A DNA stretch of 63,140 bases, the filler included, from Collodictyon triciliatum (lineage: Eukaryota): assembly GCA_043381765.1 (NCBI GenBank). It is 9 parts of 9 records of this genome, joined end to end, with 100 filler letters (N's around TTAATTAATTAA, not from the genome) between each part and the next. Parts side by side here need not be neighbours in the genome. Positions count along the whole stretch, not along the records: positions 1 to 8,590 come from JBHJMP010003368.1; positions 8,691 to 17,276 come from JBHJMP010003369.1; 7 more parts are not named here. One strand, given 5' to 3'. Shown piece after piece: positions 1 to 11,878 of the stretch; the stretch's first letter is position 1, and every line of letters starts with the position of its first letter. The notes under the pieces were generated by a model that was not told where the DNA came from, did not search any database, and saw nothing but the letters and a program-made list of their open reading frames with translations. The position numbers and the translations under genes are program-made.

Positions 1-343
1 AAAAAGCAAAAAAACAAAAAAACAAAAAAACAAAAAAACAAAAAAACAAAAAAACAAAAAAACAAAAAACAAAGGGAAAGATAGCCGATCTTGTGATTCT
101 TGATTAAATCAACTAAAGTTGCCACAATTTCCCCTTCCTCATTCATCATTTTTTTCAAAGCACCGCGACGAAATCTGACTTGCGAGTAATTCTTCCACCG
201 CGAGTAATCGAAGGTGGGCGAATGGAGATGGTCGACGTATGAATCATCCATCCAAAAGTCCAATCGGTTACTTCTTCCTTTGCAAATTGTTTTAGCATCT
301 TGTGATTTATTATAACACAAAAAATCAGTGCACAGTGACAAGG

Positions 344-3300
344 ATGAGGCCACGGTCATTCACCCTGCTCTTTCTTTTTTTCTGGATGTTTATTCGCGGT
401 TCGGTCTCCATAGCGGATCACGGAGGTTTCATACCAAATTTGGAAGGACATAACGCCCCACTCTTTGCTGCCCACACAAATCACCCGAATCGATGACTTT
501 TTTCTTAAAAAAGGATGGCATATTGAAAACTTGATGAAAAACAACAACCACAACAAAAAAACAACATATCACACCACCCGACATGTACCGCCTTATTTAT
601 GCTTTTTTCACATAGAATAGTCCTTCAATTTTTTTTCACTTACGGCTATATACAGACACTTCATTTTGGCTTCGATTCTCTAGCATTCCTTCAGGTTCTT
701 TGAAACGAGTATGCACCGCTTCAGAAGATAACATATACTACTTGGAATCCAGGTTTTAGCTTGTTCACACATGACCTTATGCCGATAACGATTTACTGAG
801 ATGGAGTGAGGTGTACTCATAGATTCATGGAAATGCACAAACACAAAAGAATTCTTTCAAATTTTCCATGTGATAAAAATTAGATCCTATGATATTGACG
901 AAGCTGCTGCAGATTATTCTCAGATGTTGTATATCTACAACAGTGGTATGATTATTTACATCATAAAGATTTCACCGAATTCATCGCAACGTCTATAGCA
1001 ATCGACTACTTAGCATGATTCAGACTGACTCCCACTTTGCATTCAGAGAGCAAGAAATGGAGTATGAATTTCACTCGCGGCATTGCGGTTCCTGATTTTT
1101 TGGATTCCTCCGCATCTTATTCTGATGGATTCGTATGTAGTAGATTTGATACAAAATGGGCATTTTTATTCACTAAATGAACAAGGATGTGCTTTTATTC
1201 AACTTTCTCATCATAATTTGAAAATGTGTCAATGAGCCAATATTTCGTCATCAGATTTACGTTTATTACGGTGGCATACAAAACGGATATCCGCATTTTT
1301 TTCGACTTGATACCACAAATCTCTTATGGTCAGATATCGTTATGCCCCAAAAAAATCAACCTCTTAGTCGCTATTCTACCACCTTGTTTGTCTACAACAA
1401 AAAGCTGCATCTTTATGGAGGGAGACATACAAACTCATTTAATTCGCTTTCTCTCAATGATATCTGGACATTCAATTATGGTAGGATAGGCTTTCTCACT
1501 CACAACCTGCGCAATTATTTGTCTGCTCATTTATCTTTGTTGCGTATGACTTATGCACACAGTTATTTTATTATGTATTATGCTATAACAACACTCACTA
1601 AGGATAAACGGGCCTGAATATTGGCCTTTCTATGATTTTCATACTGATTATCATTATTTATATACGTATATCTTAGATTCTAAATCATGGTTCAAGAGGC
1701 TATCACATTCATCTGATGGCCCACTATCTAATCAATCAAATACCGCTGTTAATGGGTCATGCTTATTGATTGCTGAGATACCAGATTCATCAGCAACAAA
1801 GCTGTCAATTTGGACCTTGATTCTGGGTAAGATGAGTCGATTCAAATTGATACGTTTTTACGTGTTCGATTGTTCAATAAATCAAACTAAAGGACATATC
1901 ATTCTATATTACCCCAGATAATATGGAATGGAAAAAAGTGTCCATCTCTATGGAAAGAAAACCGACATGGGCAAATGTTTTGATAATCAGGGACAAAATC
2001 ATTCTATTTATGACTTTAGATGAAGATCATTATGAAAGCAGGGTTATTACTTTAACATTTACTGGTAATCATTCTTTATCATTAAATATCAGACATTTGA
2101 TGAATTTGATCATTGTTTTGAGAAAAAAACTGTGCCTTATACTTCATGCAGGTACAGGCTTGATATCGGAAAAATTGTTTGATATAAGAGAAGACAATTC
2201 AGAAATTGGAAAAAGGGTCCCCAGTTTGTACCTATCGGATGTATTCCTCATACGTGGTTTTGTTATCTTGGTCACGAGAGTAAATTATCTTCTTGTCCCT
2301 TCCACTGATATACTAGAGTTCGATGGTAACTATCTCTAAACAAATACAATTTTAACACACTTTTTTCCAAAAAGAAGGATCCTTCGACTGATATCCAGTG
2401 TAATTGATTATCATATGCATATTAATTCAATAGAGAACCTTGCATTTTCATGGGATTCTTTGAGTGATTACCCCACCTCTAGAATAAATCCGCACTTTGT
2501 TAAAATCCAAGATGACAGACTAATATTGCTGGGAGGACACTCTAATAATAGAGCTTTAAAACCTGTAAATGATGTGTGGGAAATTGACAAAGGTTTGGTG
2601 AATAGCTCTTAACATATACCTGATTATATAATAATAGAACAAAAGTATTGATGCATATAAACTTCGATTTGAAATATATTACTAGATAGCAGTGAGTACA
2701 TTTTAATACAAAAAGATACATTCTGTACTGATTATTCTCGTGGATGTCCTCTTCATCTTACCGCTTCAGTAAGTAGCTATTTTTCAAATCACATCGCCTC
2801 AAATATCAGCCAGTTGTAGAAATTTTCTTTTTTGGTTTTGCATTCTGCAATTTTTTCAAATACGCCAAATAAACAGGAAATTATGTTCTACAATCTCTAT
2901 GTTTACATAATCGGTACAAACTTCTACGATGGGCAAATAATATCGAGCTCCATATCTACGGGTACACATAATACATTTTCTAACGTATTCGATAAAGTAA
3001 TTTAATTGCTCCTCAAAATTTTTATACCATTGATAGTTACGTGGGAATGGAGACTTCTTCAATTTTCTAAGCCAATGCCAACCAATTTAAATATAATACT
3101 GTTTTCTGATATTGTATCCCTGAGGTCAAAAATGTGGTTCTTTTTAAGGATTCCGTTGGATGAATGGAATTCTTCGAGAAGAATACTGACGATCGATTTT
3201 CACACTTTAAGCATCACCGAATTTCAAGTTATCGGTGACTGTCCACAGCTTAGAATCAATCAACCTTATATAAACGGAACAGATATATGTATAACGGGTG

Positions 3301-6300
3301 GGCCCATGCCAGGGCTTACACACATCGATGATTCTTGGTGTTTTGATACTGGTGAGTGAGAAAATTTATCAGATAATGTCACCCTAAACTTTTGAAATAA
3401 CATAAACACGACAAAATATTACCGTTCAATGTAGAAAAATATACATGGAAAGAATTGGCTGACCATACAGGATTTACGGAAAACGTATTGATATTATCAT
3501 CAGTATTTTTCTACGGAAATTTTTACTTTATCGGCAGAAATAACAATGGAAAGGTCACAGCATCGATTTTTGAGATCAATTGTAAGAGATATAGCCACAG
3601 AATACGATTAAATAGATGAAAACACAGAATTTCAATCAGATCAACATGAACTGATTCTTTTTATTCTTAAAAAAGCTGCATTAAAAGTTAAAGAGATGTA
3701 TCAGAAAAGAAACTCTCCTATATCCATGTCAAACTCCAAAAGCATTGTCGATGGCTCTATCCTTTGGGTTCTCTTCAGTCCTCAGTCTGGTGTTTCGATG
3801 TCATACATCTACAATATCGACCTAGGCAATAATATTTATCGAAATTATATATGTAATAACATCTCTTATTGTAGAAATATCAAGCTTTAGTTATTCAAAA
3901 CTTAATTAGATAATTATCTTTTCTAAATGGATCTTTTAGGGAATTACTTTTGCTCTCGAGAAACCCTTGTTTATATAGAGAACCAAACGATAATCGAGGA
4001 TGGAAGTGGTGCATTCAAGTACATGCCTGGCACGAATTGCACTTGGATTATTACAGGAGCTAGTTGGATGATTGTAATATTACTTATGAATTTGTAATAA
4101 AGTATTATGCTTCCAATATAAACCAAAATTAATAATTATAAAATGTCACCAATATTCTAAATTTCCCTCTATCAACAAACGTGAGATCGAAAAAATTGAC
4201 TTAGACCATAAAGCAACTCTTTCTATGGATTTTCCAGTTTGCTCTGAAGATGAGAACCAAAGGCATATACAAAATGTAAATAAAACATACTATGATGCAA
4301 GAAATATCCAAAAAAAAGAAATCATAATCGGATTGTTAAAAAACCAAAAGAATTTAAATAAATGTTTGTAAATGAATAGGTCGATTTATCGTCATTTTCG
4401 ACTATTGAAGCAGTTCCATTAGATTCTTCTAAAGTTGTTTTAAAATTTATCGTTCCCTTGCATTCAGTTCCATGTGACGGATTTTCGATTAAATTCATAA
4501 GTAATGGATTTTCACATATAATTGAGCCAGTGGGTGAAAAATGTAAATATATAGATCTATGAAACCTATATTTTATCACTAATTTCCAAAAATAAACATT
4601 TCCCTATAGAATGCCGAAAAGGCTTCATCTTGCAAAACTATCGATGCATCTGCGTCAGTGAGATGTTTGTAAATGAAGCAGGAGATTGTGTTTCATGCTT
4701 TGATACATATTATCAAATAACACTCGGTCATGTATGTACACTTTTTCTCTTATATACTTTTTCATACCCTATAATAGATTTTTAATAACCATATGATAAT
4801 TAGCCCGATTGTAGAGTGCACCAATCTGTTGTTACTGGTATGGTGAATATTATTTAGCAGTATTTTTTCCTTTAGCTTATTCCCTAACCGATTTTTTTGA
4901 CAATAGATTCATATCAGTCTGGGGGAGGAGTAATGACAACTTTATATGAAAATCCAAGGGTAAGTTACCCAGGCAGGGGAATATTTTGGACTGTTCCTGA
5001 AAAAAATGAATTTAGCGAGAAAGAAATGAGCAATGTTATAGTATTACTGTCAGACGATTACAAAGTATTCAGATCCAAGCACGAAGGTAATATTTGGACA
5101 TTTTTCAATTTCATCTGATGATATTAAATATTAATCATATCAAACCTCCTAATATTTCATCATGAAATTAGCAACATTTATCTGGGAGAGAGTAAAAATT
5201 CACGGGGAAATACCTGATATATTCGAAGAGTCCCAAATAATAAACGCTAGAGATGGATTCTTTATTATTGGGGGCTATAGCATGTCTATTATGACGGATT
5301 TCTACCTATGCGATGTCATCAATAAGAGCTGGGAGCCTTTAAAAAATTCTCCATTGAGAGGTCTAAAGGGATTTAACATGGTGAAAAAACAAAACTATGT
5401 CTTTGCGCATGGAGGTCAATTGGTCTGTGAATAATTTACCCTAAACAATTTTTAAAACCTAAATTTTTGTTTTTATAAAGCAAGTAAAATATTTAATAAA
5501 TCTGACACATTTGAATGTGTATCGTATGACCTAATTTAATACAGGAAAAAGGATTATTTAGTACTAATACATGGAAACTCCAAGAAGGTAATCTATTAGT
5601 GTAATGAAGCAAACGAAAAACATTCGAAATAGTAAACAATAACAGTAACTACCACTTCATTAATAATTAATAGTGAATGCAATATTTTGAAATAATCATC
5701 TCAGAAACATTAAATTGGGAAAAAATCAATGAGAATCCTGGACCTTGTCTATCATATGCGAGTACCGGTATTGTTGGTGATGTTATTTATACTTTCGGAG
5801 GGTGGGATGGTTCAAAGGACTCTGATATTCTATGGAGTTTTGATTTGAGTCCGTTTCTGATGATAAATATTAAATATTTATTCATATGATTTCTCGAGCA
5901 CATTTCTGTTAAGATGTGAAATAATGAAATGTAAAAATGTAAATCGAAACCCTAATTTGTTTAAATTATAAAAATTACAGACAAGCGTAAATGGCAAATG
6001 AAAGGTACCCCGGCATTTTCAAAGTGTTGTAAGTCTAAACCTGACATTGGGTACAGCTTCCAAAGACAAAAGATGTTTTCAATCTTTTACCTATCTTACA
6101 TGTATGTTTTTGGAGGGAAGAAAAGCAATCAAACCATTGGAGACATATTCAAATTAGATCTAGGTATTTTATTGTAGCATATAAATATCATGAGTTTTTA
6201 TCAACAGCCGATATTGATTCCAATATTTTTTTCAACCATGGTTTTATTAATTTTTTGACTTTAAAACAGAAAAAAATCAGGTCGTATATTATGCTCCTGA

Positions 6301-7841
6301 TGGCTCCGACTTTTCTACCCCCTTTCGAAGGCCATTCCCCAGATATGGAGGCTCGTCGATAAATATCGGTCCTTACATGGTCGTGAATGGTGGACTTTAT
6401 AATGCCCAGGAACTTGCCCAAGATTCATGGATATTAGACTCAAGTATTTAAACATCAAAGAAATGAAAAAATACTCAATTATTTCAAAATAGTGCTTTAT
6501 ACAATCCTCTCTGTAAATCCCATTTCAATGAAATAATGATTATAGGTGATGTTAGTTGGTGGACGTCCTCATTTTCTTTGTCACCCATATCGAGAAAAGA
6601 TGCTGCTATTGCATATTTTGGAGAAAACTTAACTTTCATGTTTGGCGGAAAATCTGAAATTCCAATATTCTCATATTTGAATGATTTATGGTCACTTCAT
6701 CAAGGTCTATAGTTTTTTCATTAAGCCTCCTAAGTTTTGCTACCAATGATTTTAAAATATAAAATTAAACTGCTTAATTAAATTACTAGGAACAAAAAAG
6801 TGGAGATTACTTAGTCCCTTGTCATCATTACATACTCAGCCGTCCGGCAGACAAGGGGCTTGTTTGCACTACCACGAGGGAACTTTGTACCTATTTGGAG
6901 GGAAAACATCAAACGAAGCAGTTGAAAATATCTTATGGACATTTAGTTTGGGTATATGAAATAAAACAACATTAGCTATTTCCAGTCTCTCTGATTTACT
7001 ATTCAAAGGGTTTATTATATAATTATTTGAGTATAATTATCGATGCATTTAGCTCGACTAATCAGAAAATGAACAACTCTGGTAAAAATCCCAGATTCTC
7101 TCAATTGGGCTATTGTGGAGCTTAAAATGAATAATGTCCAAGATATTTTTACTCTCAGGAGGTATGGGTTCGGAGTAACTGAATCTGGGAGTAAAATTTG
7201 GATTTTTGGTGGTTTGGTAAGCCTCTTCTGCTTTTTGATTCATGATCGAGTATATTTTGTTAAAAAAATAACACATGGAAATGTTGCAAAATTTTTACTT
7301 ATATGAGACGAATAAAATAATTTACAACTATAGATATCCCAATCTTCATGGTACACTGAAAATTATCAAATGTTAAACCTTTTGGATATTATGAACAAAT
7401 CTGTTTCATCTATTCCAGTATTGAATGGGCCTAGTGTAATTTTTCAATTTTTCAATCAAAAGACTCAAAGAGTACTACTCGTAGAAAAATTATATTTCTT
7501 TCCATTCATAAAAACTATATAGGGGAAAAGATTCAAACCCTATATGGTGTCTTACAATAAACTTTTATGGTTATTTGGAGGCTCTTCCTTTAATGGATTA
7601 ATTTTACGAGATATTTGGACGTACGACACACGTAATATACATATTTATAAATAAAATCAATTCATATATTAATGTGAAACATAAACTTCCCCAGAAAAAA
7701 ATATATGGCAGATGAAGCCCATTTATATCCCATCTGGTATATCAATATCTCCTTATTCTGCGACCTTGTACTTGAATAAGCTATTTTTCGTAAATGCCAA
7801 TATTTACCATCAAAAGAGCTCCATAACAACATTCGACTTTG
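344..7841 (+). CDS. Large multi-exon secreted/surface protein: signal peptide, Kelch-repeat block, CUB domain, Cys-rich segment, second Kelch-repeat block; 3' end unresolved
   Basis: The hydrophobic N-terminus MRPRSFTLLFLFFWMFIR starts at ATG 344. Many spliced exons carry Kelch motifs (LHLYGGR..NDIWTFNY, LILLGGH..NDVWEID, IYTFGGWDGSKDSDILWSFDL, LYLFGGKTS..LWTFSL, LWLFGGSS..DIWTYDT). CUB-like exons lie at 3940-4500 (CSRETL..IEDGSGAFKYMPGTNCTWII; KVVLKF..CDGFSIKF). A Cys-rich exon lies at 4610-4731 (CRKGFILQNYRCICVSEMFVNEAGDCVSC). Confidence 0.8.
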
Positions 7842-8071
7842 GTAGGTCTCGCTGAAATTATTTTTAATTTAAAATTTCATCATATCTCATATAATTAAAT
7901 TAAAAATTGATATATGATATTATATTTATCTAACTATATAGATAAATATAATATCACTTTATTCCGTCGTTTAATTTTTAGACGCTGTATACCCCACCCA
8001 CCTTCCTTTTATGGATAAATTCCAGATTTGGCAACAAATATTTGAGAAAGTTCTGGAGCCTTCCAGTGCTT

Positions 8072-8314
8072 TTATTTTTTCAGTTTGTGTGCCGCGATGA
8101 CTAGGCTCTTATCATCTGCCATTTTTTTTTTCCGCATTGCAATCTTGATCAATTCTCGGCGCGAAGTCTTGTCCCCGGATTTTATTATCTCAGTCTTGTC
8201 TTTGATTTGCTGGAACTCTTCCTCGATAGCTTCGTCAACATCCAATTCATACTGGCACACCATGCTTGACGTAGTGTATCCTTTGTTAAGCTTGCGAAAA
8301 CTATTTCGGCTCAT
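8072..8314 (-). other. Intronless 80-aa ORF of unknown origin (possible mobile-element or viral fragment) next to a gap
   Basis: From the ORF track. The product is charged and helical (DEAIEEEFQQIKDKTEII..RRELIKIAMRKKK), has no obvious introns, and lies antisense to the expected continuation of the Kelch gene. Confidence 0.3.
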
Positions 8315-8690
8315 TGTCGACTTGTGCGTCCAAGCCCTCTTAGTAAAGGAAGGGTTGAGTATTCATTAATTTCTTCTTACTCTTTTATATGCCATATTAC
8401 TATGCACAAGTATATACACATCCTTATATACACAAGTATAAAACTATAAAGTTTATAGAAACCTAACAACTCCTTTACCAAAAAGTAGTAGGGGTCTATA
8501 TAAAAGTTTGAAAGGGGATTTGGTTTATGAGATGAACATAAACAAAATTTCAATTTATAAAATTTCTAGATCGCAACATTATGTAGCAGGNNNNNNNNNN
8601 NNNNNNNNNNNNNNNNNNNNNNNNNNNNNNNNNNTTAATTAATTAANNNNNNNNNNNNNNNNNNNNNNNNNNNNNNNNNNNNNNNNNNNN

Positions 8691-8788
8691 GAAGAGGAAG
8701 AGGAAGAGGAAGAGGAAGAGGAAGAGGAAGAGGAAGAGGAAGAGGAAGAGGAAGAGGAAGAGGAAGAGGAAGAGGAAGAGGAAGAGGA
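8691..8788. repeat. (GAAGAG)n microsatellite
   Basis: Perfect hexamer tandem array at a gap edge. Confidence 0.95.
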
Positions 8789-9723
8789 AAAGGAAAAAGG
8801 AAAAGGAGATTGAAAAAAGAGAAAGGAATGGTTGTAAAACAGAAAAAAGGAATAGGAAGAAAAAAACCAGAGGGAACTGGATGTGAAGGAAGGCTAATGA
8901 TCGCGCTCAAGCCGACGCGCTTTGTGGTAGGAGATCCGTTCTTTAGCGCGCAGATTCGATCCACCATTTCACGGGCGTTGAAAAAAAAAACAGCAGGAGT
9001 GTGACGGGTTCAGCGAAACGCAGACACCAATGGATCAAGAAATCAGAAACAAACTGTGGTGAATTCATTGAAAATACAAATAATTTTATATTTGTGGATT
9101 TCAATTGCAGGGGTCGAACTTCTTCCTTTTTTGGATGTCTAAATTCTGTGTTTCTACTGAATTTAAATAGAAAATGAGTGAATCTGAACGGAGGATGTGG
9201 TTTTTTAAAAAACCACATTGGCATAAGGCGAAACATAGAATTGTCCGGAATACATTATAATAATATATATCATAATAAACAATAATACCTCCATTTTATC
9301 GCTAAACAATGCTTACTTATATTTTAATAATAAAATTCCATAATTAGATATCCATTCTGGTCAAGCTCGTTGTATATCACGATTTGGTTTGAGACGAAAC
9401 AGATCAGAGCCGCCCGGGTCGATCGTGCGGCCAAAGTTGATGAGAAGGCATCATACCATTGCCCAAGCTCAAGGTCAGCTTCTACGAAGAGAAGGATAAG
9501 AAAGAAACCGTACTCATGTTTATACACTGTAAAAGTTGGCTAGTAACACGCTTTTCCCCCTTTTCCCCCTTTTCCCTTTTTTTCCTTTTTTCCTTTATGA
9601 CCTTTTCTTTGCAACGCGTTCGCTTTGGTAACTCAGTGGCGGATTCCTACCGACCCGGGGTCTTTGAGCGACAGAAAAGCTCCCCTTTTCAACCGAATAT
9701 TTTTTTAATACTATTTGCAGAGT

Positions 9724-10462
9724 ATGGAGGTTCACAGCAAAGGTCTGGAAGGTGAAGCAAATGACCAGCCCAAACGTGTCCTTAAGGAAAAATTTGTCGA
9801 CGCGTATGAAACCTTTTTCAAGGTACAAGAAAGTAAACTAAACGTTACAGATATACGTATACTGATATGTTAAGTGCTAACAGTGGAAACATGCTCTAAT
9901 TAGGCCAACTTAGAATTTGTTTTTGTTTTTGTTTTTGTTTTGTATTTGTATTTGTATTTGTTTTTTGGCAATATATAAGCCTTTGGTTGAGTTCGTGCTT
10001 TCTCATTTCCCCGATTGCATAATATGTCATGATAATTTATTTTCATTACAAAAAAAAATCCTAGTGTAATACTAAGCAAAGTGTTTCAAAAGGGTCTCGA
10101 TCCAGTCAATTCGTATGAGAACTTTTGGGATGAGCTCTTCTTACTACGAGTAAACGCATCATATCTTGAGCGATGCGTAATGCTCACAAGCGAAGAAGAG
10201 CTTTTGGCTCTCAAGGTAATCAAGCAGTCAGAATTTTTGTTATGAAGCATATAGTTCACAGAGAGCTGGGCTGATTGTGTTCTCTTCATATACCATTTTT
10301 ATAAATACCATAGGAAAACTTGCACAAAATATTTCATCACTGCGGTCAGTATCTCAATGATGAACATTTGACCAGAGTATATAACGCACTTCAGGTAGTT
10401 ATTCTTACTTCCATTCAGCGATTCCTTTTCTTTTATTACACATTTTTAAGTCATTTCTTTCG

Positions 10463-10499
<37 letters not shown>

Positions 10500-10517
10500 T
10501 TTTTTTTTTTTTTTTTT

Positions 10518-10555
<38 letters not shown>

Positions 10556-11786
10556 GAACATGAATCTAATTTTACTCAATAATACGTGTGCTTTGTGTAC
10601 AATAGACCCTCGTCATTTTGCTAAAGAACATATTCAGAAAGAAGTTTACAAACTTTGGATTCAGTATTATCAACATTATAGTTGGGTTTGAAGCCTCTGA
10701 TGCATATTTTCAGGTAATTATTGTCTAAAGTATCAAGAGTATAAAACCAATTAGCAGACAATCTAGGATTGATTCTGAATATGCCGCCATGTTCTCTGTA
10801 CATCCACTCAAATAGTTACATATATGTTTCAAAAAAGGGATTGCTGGGTTCAATAGAAAAAATTCTTTTGGACGAGAAGTATGATGGTATGCTTGAGGCG
10901 ACTTTTGACGTTATTATAAATAAAGTATTATACCAACTACCCCTATATTTCTATTTTTGGAATTGTTTAAAACACTTTATTATTATTCCAGATCTTTTGA
11001 AGAAGACTTCGTTAGAATTGCTTGTTGTTATAGCCACAGGAAGTAATAACATAGATGAAAACATCTTGATTGAATATATGGTATCGAAGAATATGTTTCC
11101 ATCGATATTTAAGGTAAGTATACTCCGAAAATTATACCTCATTATATACAACATCCCATTTTGCTAACTTCAAAGACTTTCTTTAATTACGCAATATGTT
11201 TGTGTAGCTCATATCAGGGGACAACCACAACCGATCTATTTCGTATGACGCGGCACTGCTTATTGTGTTGCTATCGAACTACAGAAAAGCAGACGGGGCA
11301 AATCCGTACCTGGAAAATATCAAAGGAATCTCTACAAAAGCAGATATACATGTAATTTTATCAGAAAAAAGAAAAAAGAAAATCAAACAAAAGAAATATA
11401 CGCCGCGTAGCTGTAAGAAAAATTTGCTTAAATATTGAACATAACAAGGCCGTTGGAACTGTTCTGGCATCAATTTTCCAAGATGGAGTCAAGTAATCAC
11501 CTATATTTCATACGCGCATATTCGGTGGCCCCACAATATCTAGTTTTAGTATTAACATCACAAGTAGATTTTATGAAAGAGCCTTCATTTCGGTGGCCCA
11601 ACCTTCAATTTTCCCATCATTTTCGGGAATATTTGGTACCCTCGGGAGTCTGCTGGGGTCATCAGAAACAGCAGCCCCCGTTGATAACATAAGGTCTTTA
11701 TGCATTAGTTCATTTCTGTATCCTAGGTCATGACCAATCCTAGAAAAATATGCAAAAGAAAAAGAAAATTATAAATATGCAAATAA

Positions 11787-11878
<92 letters not shown>

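Noticed and set aside
8026-8070. DLATNI-TGA-ESSG suggesting TGA=Trp recoding in a Kelch blade
   Set aside because: PMM, CFAP52 and the ADA3-like gene end at TGA, and conserved Trp residues elsewhere use TGG. No in-frame stops occur in the conserved genes, so the code is standard.
8635-8646. TTAATTAATTAA recurring inside N-runs (also near 17321, 24315, 32997, 42965, 51653, 60335 and 61646)
   Set aside because: It is always embedded in the middle of N gaps, so it is an artificial all-frame-stop scaffold spacer and not biological.
8880-9600. Possible small minus-strand gene divergent from ARMH3
   Set aside because: There is one good-looking acceptor near 9483 and some GC-richer blocks, but no consistent spliced frame or recognisable product could be built.
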